DNA from: Camelus ferus | Lineage: Eukaryota | Assembly: GCF_009834535.1 (NCBI RefSeq) | Contig: NC_045696.1 | Span: forward strand, 23,314,001 to 23,378,000 | Direction of reading: 5' to 3' | Length of the DNA stretch: 64,000 nt | Part shown: in pieces, positions 1 to 12,149 of the stretch | Layout: every line of letters begins with the position of its first letter | Numbering within the stretch: position 1 is the first letter of the stretch | Position numbers and translations under genes: made by a program | The notes under the pieces: generated by a model | The model's input: only the letters and a program-made list of their open reading frames with translations | The model's database searches: none | What the model was told of the DNA's origin: nothing

Positions 1-416
1 AACTCTGTCTTACATTAGAAAAAGAGAAATTTATGTACAACTCAGCCTTACATTATAAACAGAGAGGTGTTTTTTGCTTACATGAGATAAAGGTCAGGTG
101 CAAACCAATATCTAAACATGTCTCTGTCTGTGGCCAAGCCCTCCTCTACTCCAGAAGGACCACATTGAGAATCTCTCGAAACTTAATGAACTTCTTTTCT
201 CAACACACCAAAATGTAGAAGACATTTTGCAGATAATGTAATTAACTTTCTTGAGAATTCAATCCTTTCATAGCAAATACAAAAACAAAGAATTGTTAAT
301 TTGGTTTTTCATTTTCAATGAAATATTTAACAAAACAGATACTTGTAAATTATATTGAAATAAATTTTAATTGGCAAGAATGGGTAAAAATCATGTAATT
401 ATTTCTTCTCCTAGAG

Positions 417-596
417 CAGTGATTCTCAAACTTGGCTACAAATTGAAATTACCTGAGGAGTTAAAAAAAAAATACTATGACTTAGGTCCTTCTACCAAAA
501 ATGTATATTTCATTGGTCTGTGGTAGTCTTGTTATTAGGGTTTTTAAAAATCTCCCCAGGTGATTCTAATGTTCAGCCAATGGTTGAAAACCACTG
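417..596. mobile_element. MER5A-type hAT-Charlie MITE
   Basis: Terminal inverted repeats cagtgattctcaa ... ttgaaaaccactg; internal 'ctccccaggtgattctaatg' motif; 8-bp flanks tcctagag/cactagaa resemble the NTCTAGAN hAT target. Confidence 0.85.
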
Positions 597-1289
597 CACT
601 AGAATACAGATTAGTGTTAGGTTATGTTAATCTTTTAAGTAATTTGAACAGTTTTATTGAAAATAAACAGACAAAAGGTTATTTTATACTATCATAAGGT
701 AACTGACATATTCATAATTAAAATCAGAAAAAAGTATTTAAAAATACTGGGCAAGATCAAATTCAAATATTTAATCTTTATAAGTCTCTTTAAAGACATA
801 ATATGAAATAAGATGCTTGGTAAGACTGCATATACATAGGTGAGCAAATCTAAATTTCAGAAGCATGCCTACACTTAAATTACATGAATTTTCTTTTGTT
901 ATATGTGGAAGATAATGGTAGAAAATCTTGTGTTTATTTTTGACAATTAAATCGTCTCACATTGTAACTTTTTTCAGAGAGCAAACTGGAACTCTTTGGA
1001 GTCAACTAAAATATACTTATCAGAGTTATAAGGTGAGAAATGGCATCTGAGATACCCAGATTGTTATGCTTCTTCCTAAAATCAATGCCTATGTTATTTC
1101 ATTTCAGAAAAGAAACAAAAGCAATTAATATGCCTGGATTCTGAAATGAGTTTAGTCAGAATTAGGAGCTGTTAGAGTAATATTAATGTTATAAAAATAG
1201 ATCGTACTGTATCCAAATGAATCTGAGCAGATATTCCTATACATATATGAAAGTATATATATACATACACAATTATTCACTGAGACAAG

Positions 1290-2000
1290 TGGTAGCAAAA
1301 GACTAAAAGTATCGAAATGTTCAACAATAGAAGACTAGTTCCTTCTACACAACAAAAACTCTGAGCCAAGGAAAAAAGTTACATATATTAAAAATTATAA
1401 AATTATATATATACATATACAATCTATGTACAAATGTAGAGAGAGCTCCAGGATATATTTCACCATTTCTTTTAAATACAGGAAAATGTTCATAGTCTGC
1501 TACCTCTATGAAAAGAAACAAGTGAGAAAACAATACATGCATATTCATGTTTGCTTATATTTGTATTACAATGTGTCAGAAGTCAATAAAATGAAGGAAT
1601 AAATAAGGTAGGAGAAGAACTTCTCAATATGTATTTTTAAACAGTTTTGATTTTGAACAATTTAAATGTATTCATATGAAAATAAATTCAAATCCACTAA
1701 TAAAATATGAATATTCATATTGATATTTTGGGGTTTATTCTACATATTCATAGGATAGCATTAAAAAGGGTCCAATCCAAAAATGAAGACAATAAATATT
1801 TTAAACAATAGAGAATTGGTTTAATAAACTTTCTTGTATAAGAAAAGAATACTATGAAATCTTATTTAAAAATATTGGAATAGAAACTTCTGACCTAAAA
1901 GGGATGTATAATGAGAAAACTTTTTAAGTTGAAAAAAAGGCAGGTTAAAAACAAACATAAGATATGATCTACTTTGTGTAAAATAGTAAAGGTACATACA
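1290..2000 (+). mobile_element. Highly decayed old L1 (L1ME-like) 3' fragments
   Basis: Motifs such as 'aaatgttcaacaatagaagactagtt', 'aacaatagagaattggtttaataaact' and 'aaaaaaggcaggttaaaaac' resemble L1M 3' UTRs. Confidence 0.5.
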
Positions 2001-3212
2001 AAGTAAAAAATAGCTGCAAATTTATTTATTAAAATCCGATCAGCAGTTTTCCCTGTCACTTGGTAACAGATTGAGTTTTATGTGCTTTTTGCTTAGGGCC
2101 CACCACATCACTGGCAGATTTCTATCTGCTGGACAAGACCTCAAATATTCCTCTTCCTCCAGTGACCAGAATGTTCCCTCATTTTCCAGCCTTCCCCTGG
2201 TGGACTCTGGAAGAAGCCTCAAGCTACAGGGGCACTAGAGGAAGAACTTCAGGAAACATATGCGAGGTCCATTTAAGGTTCAGAGGAAAACGTCTGGATT
2301 ATTCCTCCTCTGTGTACTCCTTTTACAAAAATGATGGTCATCCTGGACATTTTGTCACAAGATCTAGGTTGGAATCTCTGAGATGAAAGATGGATTAACT
2401 TGAATTGGCAGTTAAACACTCAGAACAGAATACTGGTGATGGATGGAGCAGTAGAAGCGAGCAGGACTGACTACTGGGGTTCATGCTCTCTTGCTTCTTT
2501 TCTCATCTTGAGCCACCATCAGCCACCATAATTGCTCTGAGACAAGATGAGAACTGAGAACCATGTGTAAATTAGGCATTTGGAAAATGATTTCATAGCA
2601 GCAGAGGTATCAGTAGCCATGTCAGTCGTGGCAATGAGGTGGGGGTACATCAAGTTTTGGTTTGACTTCTTCCATTAAGAAAGATTTTACTCAGTAACCA
2701 CTTGACCTCCAGTCTCCTTCCAAAGCTGACTCTTAACTCTGACTCAGGAGGTAGGAAACTCAAATAAATGAAGTATTCATCAGGTTAATGTTTCCAACCA
2801 AAGACCAATTAGGGAGAATTAGAAGCTATGTAATACTATGGTGGAGAATGTCCTACAAGTTCCAGAAGTGTCTATCAGGGCTTTTTAATAAATATTAAGC
2901 TTTCAGTAAAAATTGTGACTGCATTTTCTTGAAGACTAATAACTCCAATGTGAAAAGCTCTCAAATTTTTGTTCACTGCAGGGCAAAGTCAAATCTGAGA
3001 TTCATACAGATGCTCTGAGTAACTGCTTAATGAGACTGACTATAAGATAATGAAACTGAATTTCTCCTTAGTTACCAACTGGCTCTGAGACAGATTCTTT
3101 AAAAAGAGCTGAAATAACAGCAGCCTCTCTCAGATGAGGGTATTGTGTCCTAAGGTAAATAAAGGACAGCCTTTATTTGGTGTGTAAGTATTGGAAAGTA
3201 GTTGGCCTCATT

Positions 3213-3298
3213 AATATGGTTCTCAAACTCATGCACATCAGCATTACCTGAAGAGCTTGTTGAAGGACAGATGACCGATTCCCACCCCCCCAGATCCT
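3213..3298. mobile_element. MER5A fragment
   Basis: 'tggttctcaaactcatgcacatcagcattacctgaagagcttgttgaaggacaga...cccaccccccaga' matches the left half of MER5A. Confidence 0.65.
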
Positions 3299-3367
3299 GA
3301 AGTACAGTCGGTTTCCAATGCTGTGTTACTTTCTGCTGTACAGCATAGAGTTTCAGTTACACACATA
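3298..3367 (-). mobile_element. Short cetartiodactyl-type L1 3' end fragment
   Basis: 'tgaagtacagtcggtttccaatgctgtgttactttctgctgtacagcatag' resembles the reverse complement of an L1 3' terminus. Confidence 0.6.
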
Positions 3368-3821
3368 GCTTTAGAATGGTATTATCCTATAGTCCACACA
3401 GATACGTGTTAGAAGATTTCACATCTGTTAATTTTGTTGTTTTCATTTTGATCATCTCCTAAAGCCATATCAATATTTGCATATTTTAATCTCAGTGGCC
3501 AGGTTACAATCAAGTTTTTTTTTCTTTATGTTTTCAGTGACAGTAATTTGTATTTGTGTTTCCAACCATGTGAGCACTAAACTATCATGCAGTGTCAATT
3601 TTTAGAAGCGTTTCTCAAACTGAATCAATAGATGTATTCTAGATGTCCATGAATCTCTAATTTTTAAAACACTGGCTTACATGCTAGAATGCTCTACTAT
3701 AGTATAACAAAGATACAAGCTAATCTACCTAGCAAGGAGAATTCATATGAACATTTTCCATCACATGTCTGCATGTAGCTAATTGTTCTAGCCCGTGGAG
3801 TCAGCGGAAAGTGGCACTTAA

Positions 3822-4031
3822 GAGTGTGCTTTCCAACTCTTTCATGTCAAGGCACATAGAGAAGCTTAAATTCATTTAGGACCCTCTAGGGGAAATAAAT
3901 GAAGCTGCTGATGGTCTTGCCAGAGGGCTCCAGCTGCCCTGTCCTGCTTGGACTGCTAGAGGGCAGAGAAAGTTAGTCAGCGTCAGAGTATTCATACCTT
4001 CTCTGTGGGTTTTAGCAGTTTGGGAAGCTCT
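3822..4031. mobile_element. hAT-Charlie-type MITE (subfamily not assigned)
   Basis: Ends 'gtgctttccaact' ... 'agtttgggaagctc' form imperfect terminal inverted repeats; internal 'tttcatgtcaaggcacatagagaa'. Confidence 0.55.
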
Positions 4032-4589
4032 TAATTGATTGAGGTAACTCTGTTCCAGAATTATCTAATGAGGATATCATAGACAAGTATTGCAGAAGTA
4101 GAAGTAACATGTCACAACACCTGAGTGAGTATAATTTTTCAAAATCCCTTCAGATTTTACCATTCCCCCAGATTCTGTCCTTAAAAAGGAGGGATAGCAT
4201 CCTATTTCCACAGCCACACCCCTGCACCCGTCAACATAGAGCAGTAAGACTGAGTCATCACCAAGGGTGTCCTCTGTTGCTCAGATGTTAAGAAAAGTTG
4301 CAAAACATGAACCTAGTCACTAATGTTTAACAGTGATTGCTTCCAAATTGTTCAGTGAGGAGTGTGCCCAGAATTAACTTTATTAAAATCCCCTCTAACC
4401 AACATGGTTTGGAAACTGGGATGTGTAGGATAATACATATTTTTACAAATAAACATCCCAAAGTATACATAAATATTTCTGGGAAATGTAAAGTTTGCAA
4501 ATAAAATTTACCTTAATTCAAAGAAGTAATGTAGTTTTTTCTTTAATGATTTGGTAGGAAATCCAGGATTTCACAGGGCCTCAAGCTAA

Positions 4590-4812
4590 TACTTATCGAG
4601 CACTAATTGTACACCAAAAACCAGTTGTAAAAGCTTTACATGTCTTAGCTTACCTACTATGATCAACAACCCTGTGAGGCAGCTACTCAGATTATCACCA
4701 TTTTATAAATGGAACAATCAATAAATACACGAGCTACCAATGAACTTACACAACTTGCCTAAGGTCACACAGCCAGTAGGTGGCAGAGCTGGGATCTAGA
4801 CCTAAGCATTAC
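4590..4812 (-). mobile_element. MIR SINE
   Basis: Core 'acttgcctaaggtcacacagccagtaggtggcagagctgggat' preceded by 'attatcaccattttataaat'. Confidence 0.85.
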
Positions 4813-5264
4813 GTAGGTTCCAGTCATTTTTAACAAACAGGCAGAGGCAGTTAATGAGAATGCGCTGATTAAAATTATTTCTTATTACCTATATTCACAA
4901 AGAGCATTTTAAATGACGGGGATGGTTGCTTAAATTATGTTCTACAATGAAGTGTGACATAGACACAAAAAATTAAGTGGTGCATCCCTATTTATTGATG
5001 GAAAGATGTCCATGAACTGTCCATGTCCATGGAAAAGAAAAAAAAGAGGTTAAGAACCGTTATATAGAACATGATTCCATTTTAATAAAGGCGTATGATA
5101 GTTATATTGATAGTGGACACATCCCAGATAGTAGTATTACACTGAATTCTTATTTTTTATTCTAACTTTCAAAATTTTTGATTGCAGGTATAGGAACTAT
5201 TTTATAATTTGGATATAAGTATTATTTTTTTTTAAAGAAAAGGTGCTTTAGTCATAGGTATACA

Positions 5265-5480
5265 GTAATAATAATAGCTAACATCACTGAGGATGTATTA
5301 TGTGCCAAGCAATGATCTTAGGATTGTTCCTAGTGACTCTCACCTAATTTACATTTACAAAAATAAAAAAAGTTAAAATAAGTATTGTCATCATTCCCAT
5401 TTTACAGATGAAGAAACTGAAGCTTTGAGAGGTTTTGTACTGTCACGCAAATGCTAGCAGCCTGAATCCTGAGTAAATAT
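5265..5480 (-). mobile_element. MIR SINE
   Basis: 'aataatagctaacatcactgag...cccattttacagatgaagaaactgaagct' MIR core. Confidence 0.85.
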
Positions 5481-8119
5481 TCCTAGATGATACAATATAA
5501 GGATCTCCATCCTTCTTGAGGTATGATCCAGAAAAGCCCCGCTATTCCTTGCAGTATTTCTCCATAGAACTCTCGGTATTATCACTCCACGTGAGTCCAG
5601 GCAAAATACTGAAATTTTAGAGTAAAATAATTCATTTAAATTGCAAGATGTCAAATACATTCAATTCAATGAACCTAAACTACATTTATAATTGAAATCT
5701 TGATGATGGATAGCTAAAAGGAAAAAAATAGTGCAGACACAATAGCTCAAATCTGGAGGTCAAAAACTGGAAAACTATTTCCAAGCACTGAGAAAACTAA
5801 TTTGGCTGTGTTATTAGCATTCAAACAAAGAATGTGCTCATTATAAATGGTTCGTATCTACGTAGCTTAGTTCTTAGAAATTTAAGAAATACACCCAATC
5901 CCACATTCTCTGATTTCCTTCTTGGTCTCTTGTATTATTTTATGAAATATAAATACATAAAGCTTCATTTATGTAAGAAGTTTATCAATTCAGATTCGTC
6001 AGTGACAGGTTCCCTCTAGCGCTGTGTTTTCTTTATTCCTTTGCCCGGTAGGGCTCAGTGGGAGGGTTCACTGTGACTTTAGGATAACTATGCAGTACCT
6101 ACACACGTTCGAGCACTCAGATTCTGATAACAGGGAAAGAAACTCTTCTTCCTACTCACCCACAATAACAGATCAATTCTAAAAGAAATATACAACTCCA
6201 AAGCCAACTTTAAAATTATTATTTTCTCTGTTAAGACTTAGCTGGCTTCACTGGGATTTATCCCCCTCCTTCCCGTTCACATCCTGGAGGCTGAGGGTGG
6301 GTAGGCAATAGAGAGCAGATTCACTAGAATGACCCAAACTATTCACAGCAGGTATATGATGGACAGCTGGGCTCACATTCAAAAACATCTCAGCTTCCCC
6401 CCAACCCTTTGCTGAATTTCTCACTTAAATATAAATATGTAAAAATAACACCCCATATAGTTACTATCACTCCAGATAAAAACACTCAAAAGTACAAATT
6501 CTGCATAAGGTTTCTTAAGTTGCTCTTTTTTTTTTTTTTAATGTACATAAGTACTGTAGATGCTGGAAAGGTGCTTAGTAAAGCTGGCTTTAGTGGGATA
6601 CAATTGTTCCAAACACTTGCCTCTTACTTCATTCTTTAATGAACATCTCTGGAATAAGTAATTACTGTGGGAACACATTTTTAGAGCTATTCTCAAAGAG
6701 CAAAATTGGCAGAGGGTTGGTTTTATAAAGTTCACAAAATGAATGGTGCCTTATTGCCATAAACAAAGGGATTTTTAACAACCAGCTTTAAAATACCCAG
6801 CGAATTACTGATAAGTGAATCAGTGAATAAAGATAAGTCTTTAACTGACAAGAAAATGAAGGATTAGGCTAATAGCGTATTACAGCAATATGCCGTGAAT
6901 TCAAACTTAGGCCTTCTTCCCTTTTCGGAGTAGGTAAGTATAACATTTTTTTTAAACAGAAAGACTATTTTTTCTGCAACATTTCTGCTTAACATCTTCT
7001 AAAATGTGTGCCACTGGTATTAAGTCTTAGCATGAATTCTCCAAGTGATTCTCATATCCTCACAACTGTGTATTTGAAGTGACATACTGTGATTTTCTAA
7101 AGTTGCCTTTTGAAACCTGAGAGTTCTTTACAAAATACATTTGTCTAGTATATACATTTAAGTAACAATAACTGTACTTTTAACTAAAAAAATTTTGTAT
7201 ATGTGCTTTAAATTTTTGATTTCAAGATTAAAATATTTAAAAAAGAAAAATTACATTTTGATTTTAAGCCAAGATAAGAAACATCCAGGTACCAATATCA
7301 AAATTATGAATAAATAAATAAACTTTAAGAGAATCAATAGGAAACCACATTCAACTTCAGAATTGGGTATATATACTTTTTACCTTAGATAATAAGCCAA
7401 TTGAACTAAACCAAAAACTCTGATTGTGATTTGACAATTTATTCTTGTTTAGATAGTACTATTTCTTGTTACCACAGAAAAACAATAACATTCTTCAAAG
7501 CCTTGAGTGTTCTTATGTACTTTGTAGTCCCTGGTCTGCCAAAGGTCACTGAACTATCTTCCATCAAAATCCTCGTTTGAAAATGCATCTCCCTGGTAAA
7601 GAACTAAGATGACCCCAGGAAATAAGTGGAGTGATGCTTTTCTTAAAGGAGAAAGACTCTAGGATACAAAAGTCCAAAAGCAATGCCCATTAGTGGGGAG
7701 TACCCATACATAGTGTGGGGAATTGGCAGTGACAGGCGGATAGCCAACCACAGGAATAAGTTGTGAGGCATAGATAGTAAGCCTTGGTTTCATCTATTTG
7801 CTTCCTGAAACGGAAAGGGTGATAAAAGCAAAATATGCCAAAGATTTTGCCTTTATAATCTGGAGCAAAATCCACCATTTTGAGTATGCATTCCATATTG
7901 TAGGGACCTAAAATCATCATGATCAGGAATATTTTCCATACGGCAAACGTATCTCTATATTCTAATTTAATTCATGAATATCCCTAATATCTCTGAATGA
8001 AAAATAAGTAATGTATAAAGCTAGGTAATTTTAATATTCAGGTATCTTATTAAGTACCCTCTACTTACTTTTTTCCCATGTTGAATAAATTAAATAAATT
8101 AGAATATTATTTAGATTCT

Positions 8120-9092
8120 GTATACACAATTTCACAGGGGTAGGGCGGGGGTTCCCCTCACACTACCAAGCAATTCTTGGGACACAGCTGGGTATTCTAA
8201 AATTAAACTTGATTCTGACACTGTCTACCCAGAGATAGCATTGGATCCCACAAGGCTCAGAACCCCAAGACCACTTCCCACTTCAGATGCCAGTCAAAAA
8301 TCTTGGACATCATCTGTTCTTCAGACCTACTGGCGATAACTTGGAGATTGCGACTCCCTCCAACTCAGGATGCCAACCGCAAGCTCAGGATGCTACCTGT
8401 ACTTCTGACTAATTGGCTATAAATCAGAAGTTTCCACAATCCCTTCCTGGGGTTCTATTAATTTGCTGGAGCTGCTCACAGAACTCAAGAAACCAGTTTA
8501 CCCATTAGATTATGTTTTATTACAAAGGATAATAAAGGATACAAATCAACAGCCAGCTGAAAAGCTACATAGGGCAAGGTATGTGGGAAGAGGGGCAGAG
8601 TTTCCATGCCCTCTGCACGTACACCCCCTCCCCAAATCTCCAAACAGTCACCAACCTGGACACTCTTTGAACACCCTTTTGAGTTTTTAAGGAGGGTTCA
8701 TTACACAGGCATGACTGATTAAATCCTTGGCTAGCTGCTCTTTTCTTGCCAGAAACTAGGGGGTGGCATTCAGAGTTCAAATCCTCTATTCATGACTGGT
8801 TCCCCTGACCACCAGCCTTCATCCTCAGGTACTTTCCAAAAGTCACTTCATTAATATAAACCCAGCTGTGGTGGAAAGGGGCTTGTTATGAATAACAAGA
8901 CACTTTTTTTCACCCTTATAATTAAAGTGTTTTCAGGAACTGAGGACAAGATACCAAATATTATGACAAAAGATGCTCTTATTGTTCTTAGTACTCAGAA
9001 AATTCCAAGGGTTTGGAAGGCTGGGAGCCAGGAGCCACTGAGTAAGATCATCTTGATAACCAAATATATATCTCCAAAAAGTCACAATATCC
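8120..9092 (-). mobile_element. MER21-family solo LTR
   Basis: 'accaagcaattct...cagctgggt...ctgacactgtctacccagagatagca', 'ttgctggagctgctcacagaactcaagaaac' and the end 'caaatatatat...tcacaatatc' match MER21 as recalled. Confidence 0.8.
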
Positions 9093-9199
9093 TAGAAATA
9101 GACACTATGTTACTGTTTTTTAATTATTTTCTTAGTTCTCTGAACACTAATTGCTTACTACTTTAAAAAAAAAATCAGTCATCTAAATATAGTGTATTG

Positions 9200-11078
9200 T
9201 TTTTTTCAGCTTTATTGATATAATTGACACATAACACTGTGTAACTTTAAGGCATACAGTGTGATAAATTTATATGTGTATATTTTGTGAAATGATTACT
9301 ACAGTAAGGTTAGTTAATACAGCTATCTCACATGGTTGCTTTTTTTTTTTTCATTTTTCAAACGTTCAGGTGAGAACTTTGAAGATTTACTCTATTAGCA
9401 ACTTTCAAGTATACACTACACTATTGTTAACTATGATCACCATGCTGTATATTAGATTCCCAGAAATTATTCATCTTATAACTGCAAGTTTGTACCCTTT
9501 GGTCATTTTCACCCAGTTCCCTCACACTCATGCACTTGGCAACATTTACTCATTCTATGAGTTTTTTTTTTTTTTTTCCCTAGATTCCACATAAAAGTGA
9601 GATCATACAGTATTCGTCTTTGTCTGGCGTATTTCACTTAGCATAATGACCTCAAAGTCCATCCATGTTGTCGCAGATGTCAGGATTCCGTCTTTTCTAT
9701 GGCTGAATAATATTGTATATCATATCTTCTCAATCCATTCATCTGTCAATGAACACTTAGTCTGTTTCCATGTCTTGGCTATTGTAAGTAATGCTGCAGT
9801 GAACATGGGAATTCACATATCTCTTCAAGATAGAGATTTCAGTTCCTTCGTTTATACCTTCCCTACAGAATTGGAATTGTGGATCATATGGTAGTTCTAT
9901 TTGTAATTTTTTGAGAAAACTTCATACTATTATCTGTAGTGGCTATACCATTTACATTCCCAGCAACAGTACACAAGGGTTCCATTTTCTCCACATCCTT
10001 GCCAGCAATTACCTCTTGTCTTTTTGATAATAGTCATTTTAAGAAGTGTGAAGTGATATCTCACTGTGGTTTTGATTTGCATTTCCCTGATCATTAGTGA
10101 TGTTAGCACATTTTCCTATACCTGTTGGCCAGCTGTGTATCTTCTTTGGAAAAACATCTATTTGGGTCATTTTCCCTGTCCATTTTTTACTTGGATGATG
10201 ATAATGATTTCTTCTATTGAGTTGTATGAATTCCTAATACATTTTGAATGTTAACCTCTTAGTTGCATGATTTGTAAATATTTTCTTCCATTCTATAGGT
10301 TGCCTTTCCATTTTGCTGTGCAGAAGTTTTTAGTTTGATATAGTCCCATTTATTTATTTCTGCTTTTGTTGCTAATGCTTTTGGCAAATTATCCAAAAAA
10401 ATCATTGTCAAAATCAATGTCAAGGATACTTCTCCCTATGTTTTCCTCTAGGAGTTTTACTTGTTAAAAAGAAATAACAAGCCCAAAATGGAGTCATTTT
10501 TCCCCATGACAGCAAACCAAGACTTAATTGCAGTCTCAAACTCTTCCAGGATTGTGACCTTTAAAGAGACAATATGAAATTTCCTGATCAACACTAGTGA
10601 GGTAACCTGCATAATAAGACCCCTTGCCCCCCACTTCCCCCCAAAAAAGATGACCTGGCCTGATACAATTCTCTCTTTTCTTCTGCTAATAACATCCTTG
10701 CCCCTTCCTCCTTATGCTTATAAAAATATTCCATTTGGTACAACTCCTTGGAGTGCTGTCTGATGTACTAGATAGGATGCTGCCTTCACAAATGTTTAAT
10801 AAAACCAATTAGATCTTCAAATTTACCAGTTAAATTTTGTTTTTTAACAAATGTTCTAGGTCTTACATTTAAGTCTTTAATCCATGCTGAGTTAATTTTG
10901 AAGAGTAGTAAAATAAGTGTCCAGTTTCATTATTTTGCATATGGACACCCAGTTTCCCTAGTACAATTTTATGAAGGGAATATATTTTCCTCTTTTTGGC
11001 TCTAGTGTCAAGTATTAGTTGCTTGTACATGCATTGGTTTATTTCTGAGCTCTCAATTCTGTTCTGGTCTGTGTCTGA
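9200..11078 (-). mobile_element. L1 (L1MA/L1MB-like) 3' end with C-terminal ORF2, interrupted by an LTR at 10462-10849
   Basis: Antisense L1 text: 'tccatccatgttgtcgca', 'gtttccatgtcttggctattgtaagtaatgctgcagtgaacatgg', 'tttgatttgcatttccctgat'; resumes with 'ggtcttacatttaagtcttt' after the LTR. Confidence 0.92.
10462..10849 (+). mobile_element. ERV1-class solo LTR nested in L1
   Basis: Exact 9-bp inverted termini tgttaaaaa...tttttaaca (TG...CA); 'cccaaaatggagtca' start; TATAAAA at 10719 and AATAAA at 10798; splits contiguous L1 sequence. Confidence 0.85.
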
Positions 11079-11754
11079 GAAGCAAAATAAGATTTCATAT
11101 TGAGCAAATTATATATAATAACTTAGAAAAATTATATAAGAATTATATAAGAAATAAGTAACAAAATATTCTAAAACATAGCCAATATTGCCAATATATT
11201 TATAAACTGTAGAATTGATTTTACCTTAACATACTATACCATACTAAAATAATCAGTTAACTTTTTTCATTTGCAATTCCAAACATCCTTCTAAATAATA
11301 AATAAAATGATAAATACATTTTGATATAAATAACTTGTTTTAATCAATTATACAGACAATTAACATAATTAAAGATATAAATATTTAGGGGAAAAAATTA
11401 AATTTTATAATATCCTAATGACAGAGGCATGTTCTAAAAAAGCCAAAGACACTAAAGAAATTATTTTAAAAGTTGGGTAAAATGGTCTACGTGATACACC
11501 AAAATTATAGCCATTCTATGTGGAAATATAACCAGACTATAAAATATTGAAATAAAGTAAATATGAATGAAAGTAATATAAACAGCGTAATTTTTATTAA
11601 CAAATGATTCTAATCTGGTTTAAATTTAGCATAATATTTTAGCATATTTCAAGTTGAAAAAATGTCTGAGTTACTACATAAAAATAATAAATGCTGAAAT
11701 ATTTTGTTTCTTCCTCAATTATGATATTTTACATTAAAAAATTGCAACCCACGT

Positions 11755-11962
11755 TTATCAAATGCCTACTATATTCTAGATAAATGTAAGTGTTTTATCC
11801 ACATTGCTTCATCACATGTTCACAGCATCCATGGGAAGTATTGTTTTCCCCATTTCAAAGACAGGGGAACTAACGCTGTAGAGAGAGGTTACACCATTTG
11901 CTTTAGGTCACAGAGCCCATAAGTGGTCAGGGCATTCTTACCCAGTGGCATTCTTAGCCAGT
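11755..11962 (-). mobile_element. MIR SINE
   Basis: 'ccccatttcaaagacaggggaact...aggtcacagagcccataagtgg'. Confidence 0.7.
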
Positions 11963-12149
11963 CTTATTATTGCCAAATACTCTTAGTGTGCTGAAATACT
12001 TTCTGGTCAGTCCTAATCAAATTCTAGGAACATGAAAAAGGTTTCTAACTTTAACCAATATTATGAACAAGCAAAAATATCAGTATATTCTGTAAAATAA
12101 GTAATTGAAAAAGTACACATCAAAGCATAAAATAATGTTGATTCTCTTT

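Noticed and set aside
3071..3153. Plus-strand exon-like segment (ccttag ... AAG|gtaaat)
   Set aside because: Stop codons in the frames checked, including the one continuing from 978-1032; no independent support
3806..3834. Short hairpin ggaaagtggcacttaagagtgtgctttcc
   Set aside because: Too short for a pre-miRNA and overlaps a MITE terminus; probably chance
9274..10254. Plus-strand ORFs of 62-106 aa
   Set aside because: Antisense translations of L1 3' sequence
11930..11965. 17-bp tandem duplication ggcattcttacccagt/ggcattcttagccagt, and similar short direct repeats near 15864 and 36791
   Set aside because: Ordinary slippage duplications with no spacer structure; not CRISPR-like
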